Assembly: GCA_050731715.1 (NCBI GenBank)
Contig: JBOHPM010000002.1
Span: forward strand, 1-32,291
Origin: Candidatus Rokuibacteriota bacterium
GTDB taxonomy: Bacteria > Methylomirabilota > Methylomirabilia > Rokubacteriales > CSP1-6
Reading direction: 5' to 3'
Length of the DNA stretch: 32,291 nt
Made by a program: the position numbers and the translations under genes. This document shows, piece by piece, positions 15,233 through 22,861 of this stretch. Below the pieces are notes generated by a model that saw only the letters and a program-made list of their open reading frames with translations, was not told where the DNA came from and ran no database searches. How positions within the stretch are numbered: the stretch's first letter is position 1; each line of letters opens with the position of its first letter.

Positions 15233-15349
15233 TTCGAAAGCCTCAGGGCCGGGGGTACGCTCCCGCGGCGGGGCACGGCCGTCCGAGGGCCGTCGCATCA
15301 CCCGTCAAGCTGCCGCATGGAGGGTGCCCACTGGACGCGGGCGGCGGCG

Positions 15350-16741
15350 CTACGGCTGGCCCGCGCTGCCCCGGGCCCCGCCCGACACAAGCGACCCCAA
15401 GAACGGGATCCGCCCGGGCGCCCAGCTGCTGAAGTTCGCGCCGATCCGGTGGCTGGCCACGCCGAAGAGCATGCTGACCAGCGCGGGGACCGAGAAGATG
15501 GTCAGCGCGGTGATGAACTGCAGGAGCGCCGGGTAGCGGGCGCTGTTGGGATCCGCGATCGCGCCACTCGCGATGAAGACCGGGAGAATCTTCTCGTGGG
15601 CCGTGGCAATCATCGCCCAGAAGACCGGCCACATCTTGAGCGACAGCAGCAACATCAGGTAGGTCGCGAAGCGCCCAAACTGGCCGGGCCAGAGCGCGAA
15701 GGCCAGCATGATCGGGAATACCGCGTAGGCAACCATCATCGTATAGCCGTAGAACACGTAGGCGGAGCGCTGGAAGAACTCGACGATCTGTCCCATGACC
15801 ACCGGGTTCCAGAGGCCGGCGATCGTACCGAGGACGAACGACGAGGCGCCCTGGAGCCAGGCCACCGGATCCAGCCAGTTGCGGCTCGGGCTCGAGGGGT
15901 CGAGCTGGCCGCCGCCCGGCGGCTCCACGGCCTCCCGATAGTTGCGGAGCGCGACGTTGACGACCCACTCGTCGCTGCCGAAGGTCCGGCTGAGCCACGC
16001 TAGGCTCGCGTTGACCCAGTCGGTGGCTGGCGTGATGTGGGTCCGCGCATACGTGGCAAGGGCCCCTTGGAGGTCCTGCCACCGAGTAGTGCAAGTCACG
16101 GCCTGGCCATTCGGGTCGGGGAACGCCAGCGTCGCGTAGTACTGCTGAAGCGCCGAGGCGGCCGGTGTGTTGACGCTGAGCGCATCCCGCTGCTCGGGCG
16201 GCGTATCCGCCTCCCACGCCTGCAGCGCCGCGCCGTAGCAGGTGTCCAGGAAGGTCCTGAGCCGGCCCTGGAGAGCGGGGTCGCCGTCGAACTTCTCGGC
16301 TGCAAGGCGGTTGACGACCACCAGCGCCGCGAAGGGTCGCTCGGCGAAGTCGCGCTTGATCATGTGGATCATCGACTGCGCGAGGCTGTGCATCGCGTCG
16401 TTGACCAGCACGAATCCCGCCGGCAGCGACGCGCTGGTCGTCGGCTGCAGGCTGGTGACGGCCGGGGCCACGGCGGCGTTGGCCTCCTCGGTAATCGACC
16501 TCTTCATCTCCACGGCCCGCGACGAGGCCCCGAACGCGAAGGCCAGGCCCGACGCGAGGACGAAGTGCATCGCCATGGGCAGGAGCGAGCCGTGCGGCAT
16601 GGTGCGGACTGCGGTCATGAACAGGCCCAGCAGGATGATGACCACGTAGACCCCACCGTTCCAGAACATGGCGTGAAGCTGCGAGCCCCAGGTCGCGCCG
16701 GTGAAGGCCAGGATCGAGTCGATCGGCGTGAAACCGGTCAT
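15350..16741 (-). CDS. traG: F-type T4SS TraG, N-terminal (pilus assembly) domain only, polytopic membrane protein
   Basis: 463 aa. TraG_N-like blocks: LRTFLDTCYGAAL (compare F TraG FQDYVQNCVMGDI) and C-terminal helices ...AVFPIMLAFALWPGQ...LLLSLKMWPVFWAMI (compare F ...MWLQTWPLLYAILN). The ~480-aa C-terminal mating-pair-stabilisation part of F TraG is absent. Confidence 0.85.
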   Translation of the reverse strand: MTGFTPIDSILAFTGATWGSQLHAMFWNGGVYVVIILLGLFMTAVRTMPHGSLLPMAMHFVLASGLAFAFGASSRAVEMKRSITEEANAAVAPAVTSLQPTTSASLPAGFVLVNDAMHSLAQSMIHMIKRDFAERPFAALVVVNRLAAEKFDGDPALQGRLRTFLDTCYGAALQAWEADTPPEQRDALSVNTPAASALQQYYATLAFPDPNGQAVTCTTRWQDLQGALATYARTHITPATDWVNASLAWLSRTFGSDEWVVNVALRNYREAVEPPGGGQLDPSSPSRNWLDPVAWLQGASSFVLGTIAGLWNPVVMGQIVEFFQRSAYVFYGYTMMVAYAVFPIMLAFALWPGQFGRFATYLMLLLSLKMWPVFWAMIATAHEKILPVFIASGAIADPNSARYPALLQFITALTIFSVPALVSMLFGVASHRIGANFSSWAPGRIPFLGSLVSGGARGSAGQP

Positions 16742-16751
16742 CGAGCGGGGA

Positions 16752-18059
16752 TCACCTCGTCAGCCGGAGCCCGCCGCCGAGGTCGATGGCCGGCTCCTTC
16801 GGCGGCGTGATTGTGGCGCGGCCTCGCGCGGCTGCGCGCTCGGCGCTCGCCTCCTGGTCCATCTCGCGGAGGACTTGCGTGAGGTTGTCCTGACCCTCTT
16901 TGAGGGCCCGCAGGCGCCCGCGCATCGCCTCGAGCGCGCGGATGTGGCGCTCGACCTCCTCGGTGCTCTGGTTGGTGTTGGCCGCGAGCCGGGACAGCTC
17001 GCTGAGCTCCATCTGGAGCACGTAGAGCTGGTACTCGAGCCGGGCGAGCGTGAGCGCGGTGGCGATGCGTTGGATGGCGATGGCGCGCGCGCTCGGGCTC
17101 ATCAGCGACAGCTGCTGGAGCAGCGACCGTGTGATGGGGACGCCCGGGGCCGATACCTTCTGGAGCTCCTCGACCGTCGGCGTCCCGCCGGCCTTGACCC
17201 GGTCGACGAGTGTCGTCAGCTGCTGTCCGTAGTCCTGGTAGAGACGGCCCCACTCCTGCTCGAGGCCATCCGGCTGGAGCTTCTTGAACTCCTGCCGACG
17301 GCCGCTGCTGCTGCCCCGGAAGTTGACGTCGCCGAGGACCGCTTTGGCGAAGCGCTGCGTGTCGTCGTCGGCGCCAACCTGCTTGAGGCCGTCGTCGACG
17401 ATGTTGATGTCGCTGACCTTCCCGAAGTCGAAGCCCACGAGCTCGGTGCTACCGATGCCGCGGCAATCATCCTGGGCGACGTAGCGCGGAACGCCGGCGG
17501 CCGTCTTCTCCTCGATGCACTGCACCTCGCGCTTCTTCCCCATGCGCGAGCCGTAGTCCAGGGCCGCCGCCTCCACCGCCTGGCACTCCGCGGCGCGGGC
17601 CTGGAGTATCCCCGAGGCCATCGACTTGAAGTGCTTGTAGGCGTCGCAGAGCGTCGGCGACAGGTAGCACATGAGGACCAGGGGCGCGGCGGAGATCGCC
17701 GAGGAGGCGAGGTTCTTGAAGTAGCTCTCGAGGGCGTTGACGTCGAAGAGCGCCTTGAACTCGGCTGCGAAGTCGATGCCGCAGCCCTTGCCCGTGCTGC
17801 CGGAGATGGAGCCGATCGTCCCGACGCCACCGCTCGGCGCCGGGAGGGGGAGCCCGGCGCCGCCGCGATAGTTCAGGCCCGACTGCTCCGTGCCCTCGTA
17901 CAGCTGGAACTGTGAGTGCGGCGTGCTTTTCGTGACCGTCTGGTCCCAGAGGTCCGCCGCGCCGACACCGGTGACGGGGCCGACCAAGAGAAGCGAGAAG
18001 ATCGCTGCGATGAACAGGACGACGAGCCACCCCCTGGGGGCGGCGAGCGGGCCGGGCAT
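16752..18059 (-). CDS. traH: F-type T4SS pilus assembly protein TraH
   Basis: Signal peptide (WLVVLFIAAIFSLLLVGPVTGVGA). GKGCGIDFAAEFKALFDVNALESYFKNLASSA...HFKSMASGILQARAAECQA aligns with F TraH NAGCGGIDAYLGSFSFINGEQLQRFVKQIMSNA...FLQKMASDINSMNLSSCQA. C-terminal coiled coil present. Confidence 0.9.
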   Translation of the reverse strand: MPGPLAAPRGWLVVLFIAAIFSLLLVGPVTGVGAADLWDQTVTKSTPHSQFQLYEGTEQSGLNYRGGAGLPLPAPSGGVGTIGSISGSTGKGCGIDFAAEFKALFDVNALESYFKNLASSAISAAPLVLMCYLSPTLCDAYKHFKSMASGILQARAAECQAVEAAALDYGSRMGKKREVQCIEEKTAAGVPRYVAQDDCRGIGSTELVGFDFGKVSDINIVDDGLKQVGADDDTQRFAKAVLGDVNFRGSSSGRRQEFKKLQPDGLEQEWGRLYQDYGQQLTTLVDRVKAGGTPTVEELQKVSAPGVPITRSLLQQLSLMSPSARAIAIQRIATALTLARLEYQLYVLQMELSELSRLAANTNQSTEEVERHIRALEAMRGRLRALKEGQDNLTQVLREMDQEASAERAAARGRATITPPKEPAIDLGGGLRLTR

Positions 18060-18062
18060 GGC

Positions 18063-19028
18063 TCAGCTCCTCAGCTGGCAGGTGTCGCCGGGCAGCTGAC
18101 CGCCGGATTCGAGCGGCGGAATGGGCTGGCGACTGGCGAGGGCGGCCAGCACAGTGACGAGGCGAGCCGGCGGCTGGAGCCCGCGCGCGACGTGGAGCAG
18201 CCTCGAGCCCTCGTAGAAGAAGATCGTCGGATAGCTCCGCACGCCGAGCCGCTGACGGAGGTCGGTGTCTCCCTGCACGACCGGGAAGGCGAGGGCTAGC
18301 CGGAGCGCCTGGACGTCATCGGGTTTCGAGTCGAACGCGACGCCCCGTACGGGGACGCGCGTCGCGAGCTGGTTGATGATCGGTGTCTGCTGCCGCGAGT
18401 ACGTGCACCAGGTCGCGAACGCGTAGACGATCGAGATCCGGCGCGCTGCCGTCTCGCCAGAGGCCGGCCTCTGCACCAGGGTGATCCCCGGCGCGGCCGG
18501 CGGCACGAGTGGCAGCGGGAGGAGTTGCGACGTCCCACGGTCTACCGCGGCATCGGACGCCGGCGGTGCGGCCGGGACCGTGATCGGTCCCTGGGTCGCG
18601 ATCCCGAATTGTTGCGCGGCGACGTCTCGCATGACGTTCACCGCCTCGTCCATTCGGCGCATCCGCGCCAGGTTCCACGCGAGGTACGCCCGCGCGTTCT
18701 CGGGCGTCGGCTTCTCGAGGAAGTCGCGAACGGGCTTCGGCGGCAGATACACGCGGAGTTGCCCGTCGGGCCCACGGACGGGCTCGGCCCAGATTGACTC
18801 CTCGACCTGCGGTACTTCCGCCGACGGCGCCTGGGAGGCTTCTCGCGCCGGCTCCGCCTTGTGTGCGCCCTCCGTGCTTGGAGCCTGGGTGGGCGCTGTC
18901 TTCGGACACGGCTCGAAGAAGACAATCTCGTGGCACGAAAAGAAGCCCCCGAGTTCGGCCGCGAGCACGCCGCGGCCGCTTCCTCCGACAAGCAGGACGA
19001 GACCCAGGGTGATGGTCACGCGCTTCAT
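18063..19028 (-). CDS. traF: F-type TraF/TrbB-like periplasmic thioredoxin-fold protein (CxxS, no CxxC)
   Basis: Signal peptide MKRVTITLGLVLLVGGSGRGVLA. The C-terminal half IVYAFATWCTYSRQQTPIINQLA...RVPVRGVAFDS...RQRLGVRSYPTIFFY parallels F TraF IMFFYRGQDPIDGQLAQVINGF...LSVIPVSVDG...AQRLGVKYFPAMMLV. Confidence 0.72.
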   Translation of the reverse strand: MKRVTITLGLVLLVGGSGRGVLAAELGGFFSCHEIVFFEPCPKTAPTQAPSTEGAHKAEPAREASQAPSAEVPQVEESIWAEPVRGPDGQLRVYLPPKPVRDFLEKPTPENARAYLAWNLARMRRMDEAVNVMRDVAAQQFGIATQGPITVPAAPPASDAAVDRGTSQLLPLPLVPPAAPGITLVQRPASGETAARRISIVYAFATWCTYSRQQTPIINQLATRVPVRGVAFDSKPDDVQALRLALAFPVVQGDTDLRQRLGVRSYPTIFFYEGSRLLHVARGLQPPARLVTVLAALASRQPIPPLESGGQLPGDTCQLRS

Positions 19029-19086
19029 GCGCGGCGTTGTCCCGAACGCCTTCCGGCGCAGGCGACTTCCGTCAGCAAACCGGTAA

Positions 19087-19836
19087 TCATCCGGCGCGAC
19101 GCAGGTCGACCGTGACCGAGCCGCGAGGGACCGCTGGACCCTGGCCTGACGAGTGTCCCTTGATCTTGGCGCACGCGATGGTGAGCAGCGGGTCCCGCCC
19201 CTGGGCGACAGACGTGCACACCTCTTCCGGATCGATGCAACACGTCCGGCGCTCGTACCAGACCCAGAGGTAGTTGCCGGTCGCGGAACCTGCCCCCGAC
19301 TCCCAGAGGATCGGCGGGTATCCCGGCTTCATGCACTGCGAGAGCTTCGGGAATCCGAGGTTGACGTTGTTGGCGAGCGTGGCCGGTATGAACGATGGGC
19401 GGATGATCGTGTGCGACCCCGGCAGCCACGCGACGTCGACGGAACGGTAGAAGGCGATCGCCGACGCGACTGGGTCCGAGCCGGTGCCCCAGCCGCTTCG
19501 CGGCGAGAGCAGGCCCCAGAGGCCGACCGGGTAGGGTGTCGTGGTGTCCCCGCGGCGCCACGTGGGATCGATGTCGCTGAGGAAGTAGGGGATCATCGCC
19601 AGGACCGACAACGTCTTGTTCGGGCTCTTGCACGGGAAGATGCAGCCGGCCGGATCGACCTCCTTGAGCGGGAACGGCCACACGCGCGCCTCGTGGAAGC
19701 GCGCGTCGGTCGCGGGCTTTGACAGACCGGTGAAGGCCTCGGTGTGGACGAGGAGCGTCGGCTCCCAGTACGAGAAGTGCACGCACGGACGCGGCGGCCA
19801 GCCCGGACACACGCACGGTGTGATCACCATCTCCAC
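19087..19836 (-). CDS. traU: F-type T4SS TraU, mature body only; lacks its own signal peptide (see leader ORF 19837..19989)
   Basis: ITPCVCPGWPPRPCVHFSYWEP matches F TraU IQICPAPPPLFRRIGLAISYWEP. Also YFLSDIDPTW (F: YLSEIDPTW) and Cys-rich throughout. The track start is a GTG placed immediately after an in-frame TGA. Confidence 0.9.
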   Translation of the reverse strand: MEMVITPCVCPGWPPRPCVHFSYWEPTLLVHTEAFTGLSKPATDARFHEARVWPFPLKEVDPAGCIFPCKSPNKTLSVLAMIPYFLSDIDPTWRRGDTTTPYPVGLWGLLSPRSGWGTGSDPVASAIAFYRSVDVAWLPGSHTIIRPSFIPATLANNVNLGFPKLSQCMKPGYPPILWESGAGSATGNYLWVWYERRTCCIDPEEVCTSVAQGRDPLLTIACAKIKGHSSGQGPAVPRGSVTVDLRRAG

Positions 19837-19989
19837 TCAGCCCCACTGGATGAGACTCGCGGGCGCGACGTCCGGGAGCTCGGCGGCGGTTGCCTGCCCA
19901 ATCGCGAGCAATGAGAGGCTCGTGACCGCGACGAGCAGCACGAGGAGTGGACGGAAGACGTCAGGACACAGCGGCGATGAGCGTTGCAT
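19837..19989 (-). other. 50-codon leader ORF encoding a signal peptide, in frame with traU and separated from it only by TGA (19839..19837)
   Basis: Hand translated: ATG 19989 preceded by GAGGAGG with a 6-nt spacer. MQRSSPLCPDVFRPLLVLLVAVTSLSLLAIGQATAAELPDVAPASLIQWG-TGA-GTG GAG ATG GTG ATC ACA (VEMVIT...). Below the 60-aa cut-off, so not in the track. Confidence 0.6.
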
Positions 19990-20635
19990 CTTCGGCCTCC
20001 TCGCGCGGCCCTTCGGCGACGGCCGGTGCAGGTTCCGGTGGGGCGCAGCGGAAGTAGCTTGCGGTGAGATCTCGGAAGAGCTGCACGACTCGTTCTTTCT
20101 CCTCCCAGTAGAGCGGGATCACTTGCCGGTGGGCCGGCAGCCACACCCACGCGTCGTACCGGACCGAGCCGCTGGGGAAGAGGCAGACTTCGAGCGACAA
20201 GTGCCCGTGCGGGTGCCACCGGAGCGGGATCGTGTGGAGATGCCGCGCCACGCCGTCACGCTCGAGGCGCGTGAACCGCACGGGCAGCAGGCGCTCGGGA
20301 CGATCGAGTTCCCGCAGCCGATCGAAGCTCCGGCCGCGTGATGGCGGGTGCAGGACCCAGGCTCCGTGGTCTTTGAGGGCCAGGACCGGACGGTGCCCTG
20401 ATCCCGGGACGATCCAGCCGGACACGACTGGTTCCTTGGACGCCAGGAGCACGTCACGGAACGCGGGCGACTCCGGCGCGCGCAGAAGGACGGCCTTCGG
20501 GAGCATGAGCCGGCACTCGTGCCGCGGCGGGATCTCGCCGGACCCGGTCACTACTCGGAACCGAGCAGCCACGAGGTGATGGCGGTAGTACGCGATCTTG
20601 GGCGGCAGCGATGATCGCGTGCGCGGCATGGTCAT
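19961..20635 (-). CDS. Hypothetical 224-aa protein, no signal peptide, His/Arg/Trp-rich
   Basis: This is the C-terminal part of track ORF 19961..21433. Its first ATG after the upstream stop (20644) is 20635 (MTMPRTRSSLPPKIAYYRHHL...RWHPHGHLSLEVCLFPSGSVRYDAWVWLPAHRQVIPLYWEEKE...). Coding-like GC3. No family recognised. Its 3' end overlaps the traU leader ATG by 29 nt. Confidence 0.55.
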   Translation of the reverse strand: MTMPRTRSSLPPKIAYYRHHLVAARFRVVTGSGEIPPRHECRLMLPKAVLLRAPESPAFRDVLLASKEPVVSGWIVPGSGHRPVLALKDHGAWVLHPPSRGRSFDRLRELDRPERLLPVRFTRLERDGVARHLHTIPLRWHPHGHLSLEVCLFPSGSVRYDAWVWLPAHRQVIPLYWEEKERVVQLFRDLTASYFRCAPPEPAPAVAEGPREEAEDATLIAAVS

Positions 20636-20643
20636 GGTCACCC

Positions 20644-21954
20644 TCAGGGCCGCGGGACGGGAATCCACGCCGAGCGCCCGCTCGGCTGTCCGCGGGTGAG
20701 CGACACGATCGCGACGTGCTCGATCGGCCAGTGGTCGTTGGCGTCCACGGTGATGGCGGGAAGCAGGCGGCTCTGCCAGTTGCGGAGTGACCGCGCCGCT
20801 CCGAAAAGCCTGGCCCCATCCGCGTTCGGTGCCGCTCGCCGGAGGACCTCGTTGGTGACCTCGCCGAGCGCGTGTCCCCAGAGCGTCAGGCGCGTCGGGC
20901 GCTCGCCGGGGAGGACCTGCTGGAGGATCGTCCGATGCCACGCGAGCGGCGCGGCGTCGGTCCGAAGCCAATCGGCAACGGTCAGGCTGGGGACCGAGGC
21001 GAGTTCCGCCCAGTCGTAGGGCTCGAACACGGCGGCGAAGATCACCGGTGGATGGGCGCAGGCCGACATCATCTCGGTGCCTGCGCAGACGGGTGCCAGC
21101 GCCAGGATGGCCGCGGCGATCTCCACCACATGTTTCGGTGCGCCGATGATGAGCGCCGCCTCGGGCGCGATGGCGCCGGGCAGCAGCACGGCTTTGCTCT
21201 CCGGCCGAACGCTGACCTCCGTGACGCCCATGAGGCCCGCCTTCCGGACGCCGGCGATCCTGTCGCGGCCGTCCTCTGTGTCTGCCCAGATGACCCATAC
21301 GCCCTGCCTGGCGGGCTCGCCGGCGCGGGCCTGGACGCGCTCCTCGACGGCGCGCTGCATCGCCTGGGCGAGGACCTGTGTGGCGCCGAAGCCCGCCGGC
21401 GGGAACCCGACGACGTGCGGCCCCGTGGCCCACTGGCTGACGGTCGTCGACAGGAACAACGTCGGTGTCTTGGTGTAGCCGAGGTACGGAAAGACGCTCG
21501 CGACCGGGTACGTCTCGAGCGGGGAGAGAAACGCCTGGACCCGGTGATAGTTCTCGAGGAAGCGCGCAGCCGGAATCGTTCTGAGGGGCATCGAGCCGTC
21601 GTCCTTGACGACGATCTCGCCTGCGCCTCCGCGCGCGACGATGGCTTGGGCGACGCGGAGGATGGCGCCCACGTTCCCCCGCGGGCCTGTGAGCGGCCCG
21701 ATGCCGCCGAGCTGCGTGAGCCGCGCCGTCTCCGACCCTGCGCCCGCATCGCTGCGCTCAGGGCTCGGCGCTGTGTGTGAGGCCCCTGGCGGCGTCGACG
21801 GCTGGACCGACGCGGATGGCGTGGCAGGCTGAACAGGCTCGGACCAGAGATCGGCGGAGGCGGAAAGGACGAGCGTCAGCCCCAACGCGGCGGTCGCGAC
21901 CGTCACGAAGAGCGCAGGGGCCCCTGTGACGCCTGGCCGCCGAGGATGCCTCAC
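20644..21954 (-). CDS. Secreted 436-aa protein with type-1 periplasmic-binding-protein (LivK / Peripla_BP_6 / LpoA-like) appearance
   Basis: Preferred start is GTG 21954 with GGAGG 6 nt upstream, forming a GTGA overlap with the upstream stop. Signal peptide RHPRRPGVTGAPALFVTVATAALGLTLVLSASA. IGPLTGPRGNVGAILRVAQAIVARGG resembles the LivK-family PLSGPxAxxGxxxxxGxxLA block. The fold call is from memory and weak. The Arg-rich N-terminal 97 aa of the track ORF (to 22245) are rejected. Confidence 0.6.
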   Translation of the reverse strand: MRHPRRPGVTGAPALFVTVATAALGLTLVLSASADLWSEPVQPATPSASVQPSTPPGASHTAPSPERSDAGAGSETARLTQLGGIGPLTGPRGNVGAILRVAQAIVARGGAGEIVVKDDGSMPLRTIPAARFLENYHRVQAFLSPLETYPVASVFPYLGYTKTPTLFLSTTVSQWATGPHVVGFPPAGFGATQVLAQAMQRAVEERVQARAGEPARQGVWVIWADTEDGRDRIAGVRKAGLMGVTEVSVRPESKAVLLPGAIAPEAALIIGAPKHVVEIAAAILALAPVCAGTEMMSACAHPPVIFAAVFEPYDWAELASVPSLTVADWLRTDAAPLAWHRTILQQVLPGERPTRLTLWGHALGEVTNEVLRRAAPNADGARLFGAARSLRNWQSRLLPAITVDANDHWPIEHVAIVSLTRGQPSGRSAWIPVPRP

Positions 21955-22435
21955 TGGAAGCCTCCGAGCATTCCGTCGAGGCTCGGGACTCCAAAAGCCG
22001 TGACGATGCGGCCGCGGGGATCCTCGAGACGGAAGAAAGGGACGCTCCGGATCGCGAGCGCCTGGAGGCGCTCTGGCTCCCAGCGCAAGGGTACGCCGAG
22101 TTCCATCGTGAGGATGGTCTTCGCCGCGGCGGGCTCGAGCCGTGCGAACGCGGCGGGGTCGAGCACGAGGATCTCGACCTCGACCGCAGGGTGTGACCGG
22201 CGGAAGTCGCGCAGGCTCTGGAGTGCATCCACGGTCGATGCGCACGGCAGATCGATCACGAGCGTGATGGTGAGGCGCTGCGGCGGCGTCCGGACGTCAG
22301 ACTGGCGACCGCTGGCACACCGGGGCCCCGCTGGGGCACGCACACGACGCCGAACGATCCCAGGTGGCGCGGTTGCGCCGCTGCGCTCGTGGGCGCGGCG
22401 AGAAGGATCGCGCACGCTATCCAGATGGCTCGCAT
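21951..22435 (-). pseudogene. Thioredoxin-fold (TraW/TrbB/DsbC-like) periplasmic protein gene with an apparent frame break between signal peptide and body
   Basis: ATG 22435 sits directly after the upstream TAG and gives MRAIWIACAILLAAPTSAAAQP... in one frame, stopping at 22256. The domain-like body ...PPQRLTITLVIDLPCASTVDALQSLRDFRRSHPAVEVEILVLD...LGVPLRWEPERLQALAIRSVPFFRLEDPRGRIVTAFGVPSLDGMLGGFQ is in another frame, ends at 21951, and has no start or signal peptide of its own. A G4C4 run lies at 22322..22329. Confidence 0.5.
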
Positions 22436-22861
22436 CTAGAACGGCCCCTGCTTGCCGCCCGGCTGTCTCGATGCGCCCGGGACTTTCCAGGTACCGGGTC
22501 GCACCACGACCCATTGCCGGTGAGCGGGAATGACCATGCCGCCCACGACCTGGGCCGGAACCCAGATCTCCTGCATCACGGGCCCGACGTAGTAGAGGTT
22601 CTCGGGCTGCCTGGGCGAGGCGACCACCGGCAGACCGCCGTTGCGCTGGAGCTTCTCGAGCGTGTCGCGGACGCCCTGGCGATAAGACTCGGCCTCCGCG
22701 CCGGAGTGACCGTTCTTCTCCTGTGCGTTCGTCCATGAGGCAAGAGTGACCACCGCCCCGAGCGCGGAGAGCGCCGGAAAGATCGCCGTCGCGCACCCCT
22801 GGGTGCCGAGCGCGCCGGCGAGCACCACCGGAAGCCACAGCGCGGAACGAAGCCGTATCAC
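22436..22861 (-). CDS. Small membrane-anchored or lipoprotein with a TraV-like C-terminal motif (second TraV-like gene)
   Basis: GTG start in a GTGA overlap with the traC stop. N-terminus IRLRSALWLPVVLAGALGTQGC is a non-canonical lipobox. C-terminus MQEIWVPAQVVGGMVIPAHRQWVVVRPGTWKV resembles F TraV ALWIAPYIDNQDVYHQPSSVFFVIKPSAWG and the TraV encoded at 25362..25910. Confidence 0.7.
   Translation of the reverse strand: MIRLRSALWLPVVLAGALGTQGCATAIFPALSALGAVVTLASWTNAQEKNGHSGAEAESYRQGVRDTLEKLQRNGGLPVVASPRQPENLYYVGPVMQEIWVPAQVVGGMVIPAHRQWVVVRPGTWKVPGASRQPGGKQGPF

Noticed and set aside
15243-16217. 324-aa minus-strand ORF overlapping traG; similar off-frame ORFs at 19025..19846, 27858..28655, 17216..17830, 23000..23782 and 23861..24685
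   Set aside because: They are alternative frames of genes that have clear TraG/TraU/TraE/TraH/TraC homology in another frame. Their translations are Arg/Pro/Ala-rich and motif-less.
19837-19839. TGA in traU as a selenocysteine codon
   Set aside because: Only weak 4-bp hairpins (GGUG-AUCA-CACC; ACAC-CGUGC-GUGU) follow the UGA, and nothing resembles a bacterial SECIS. I know of no selenoprotein TraU. It is kept only as a low-probability alternative in the finding.
19961-21433. 490-aa minus-strand ORF as a single gene
   Set aside because: Its first ~265 codons overlap, out of frame, the better-supported 436-aa secreted protein gene (20644..21954) and are an Arg/Pro/Gly-rich stretch. Only the last 224 codons, from ATG 20635 just after the upstream stop, are kept.
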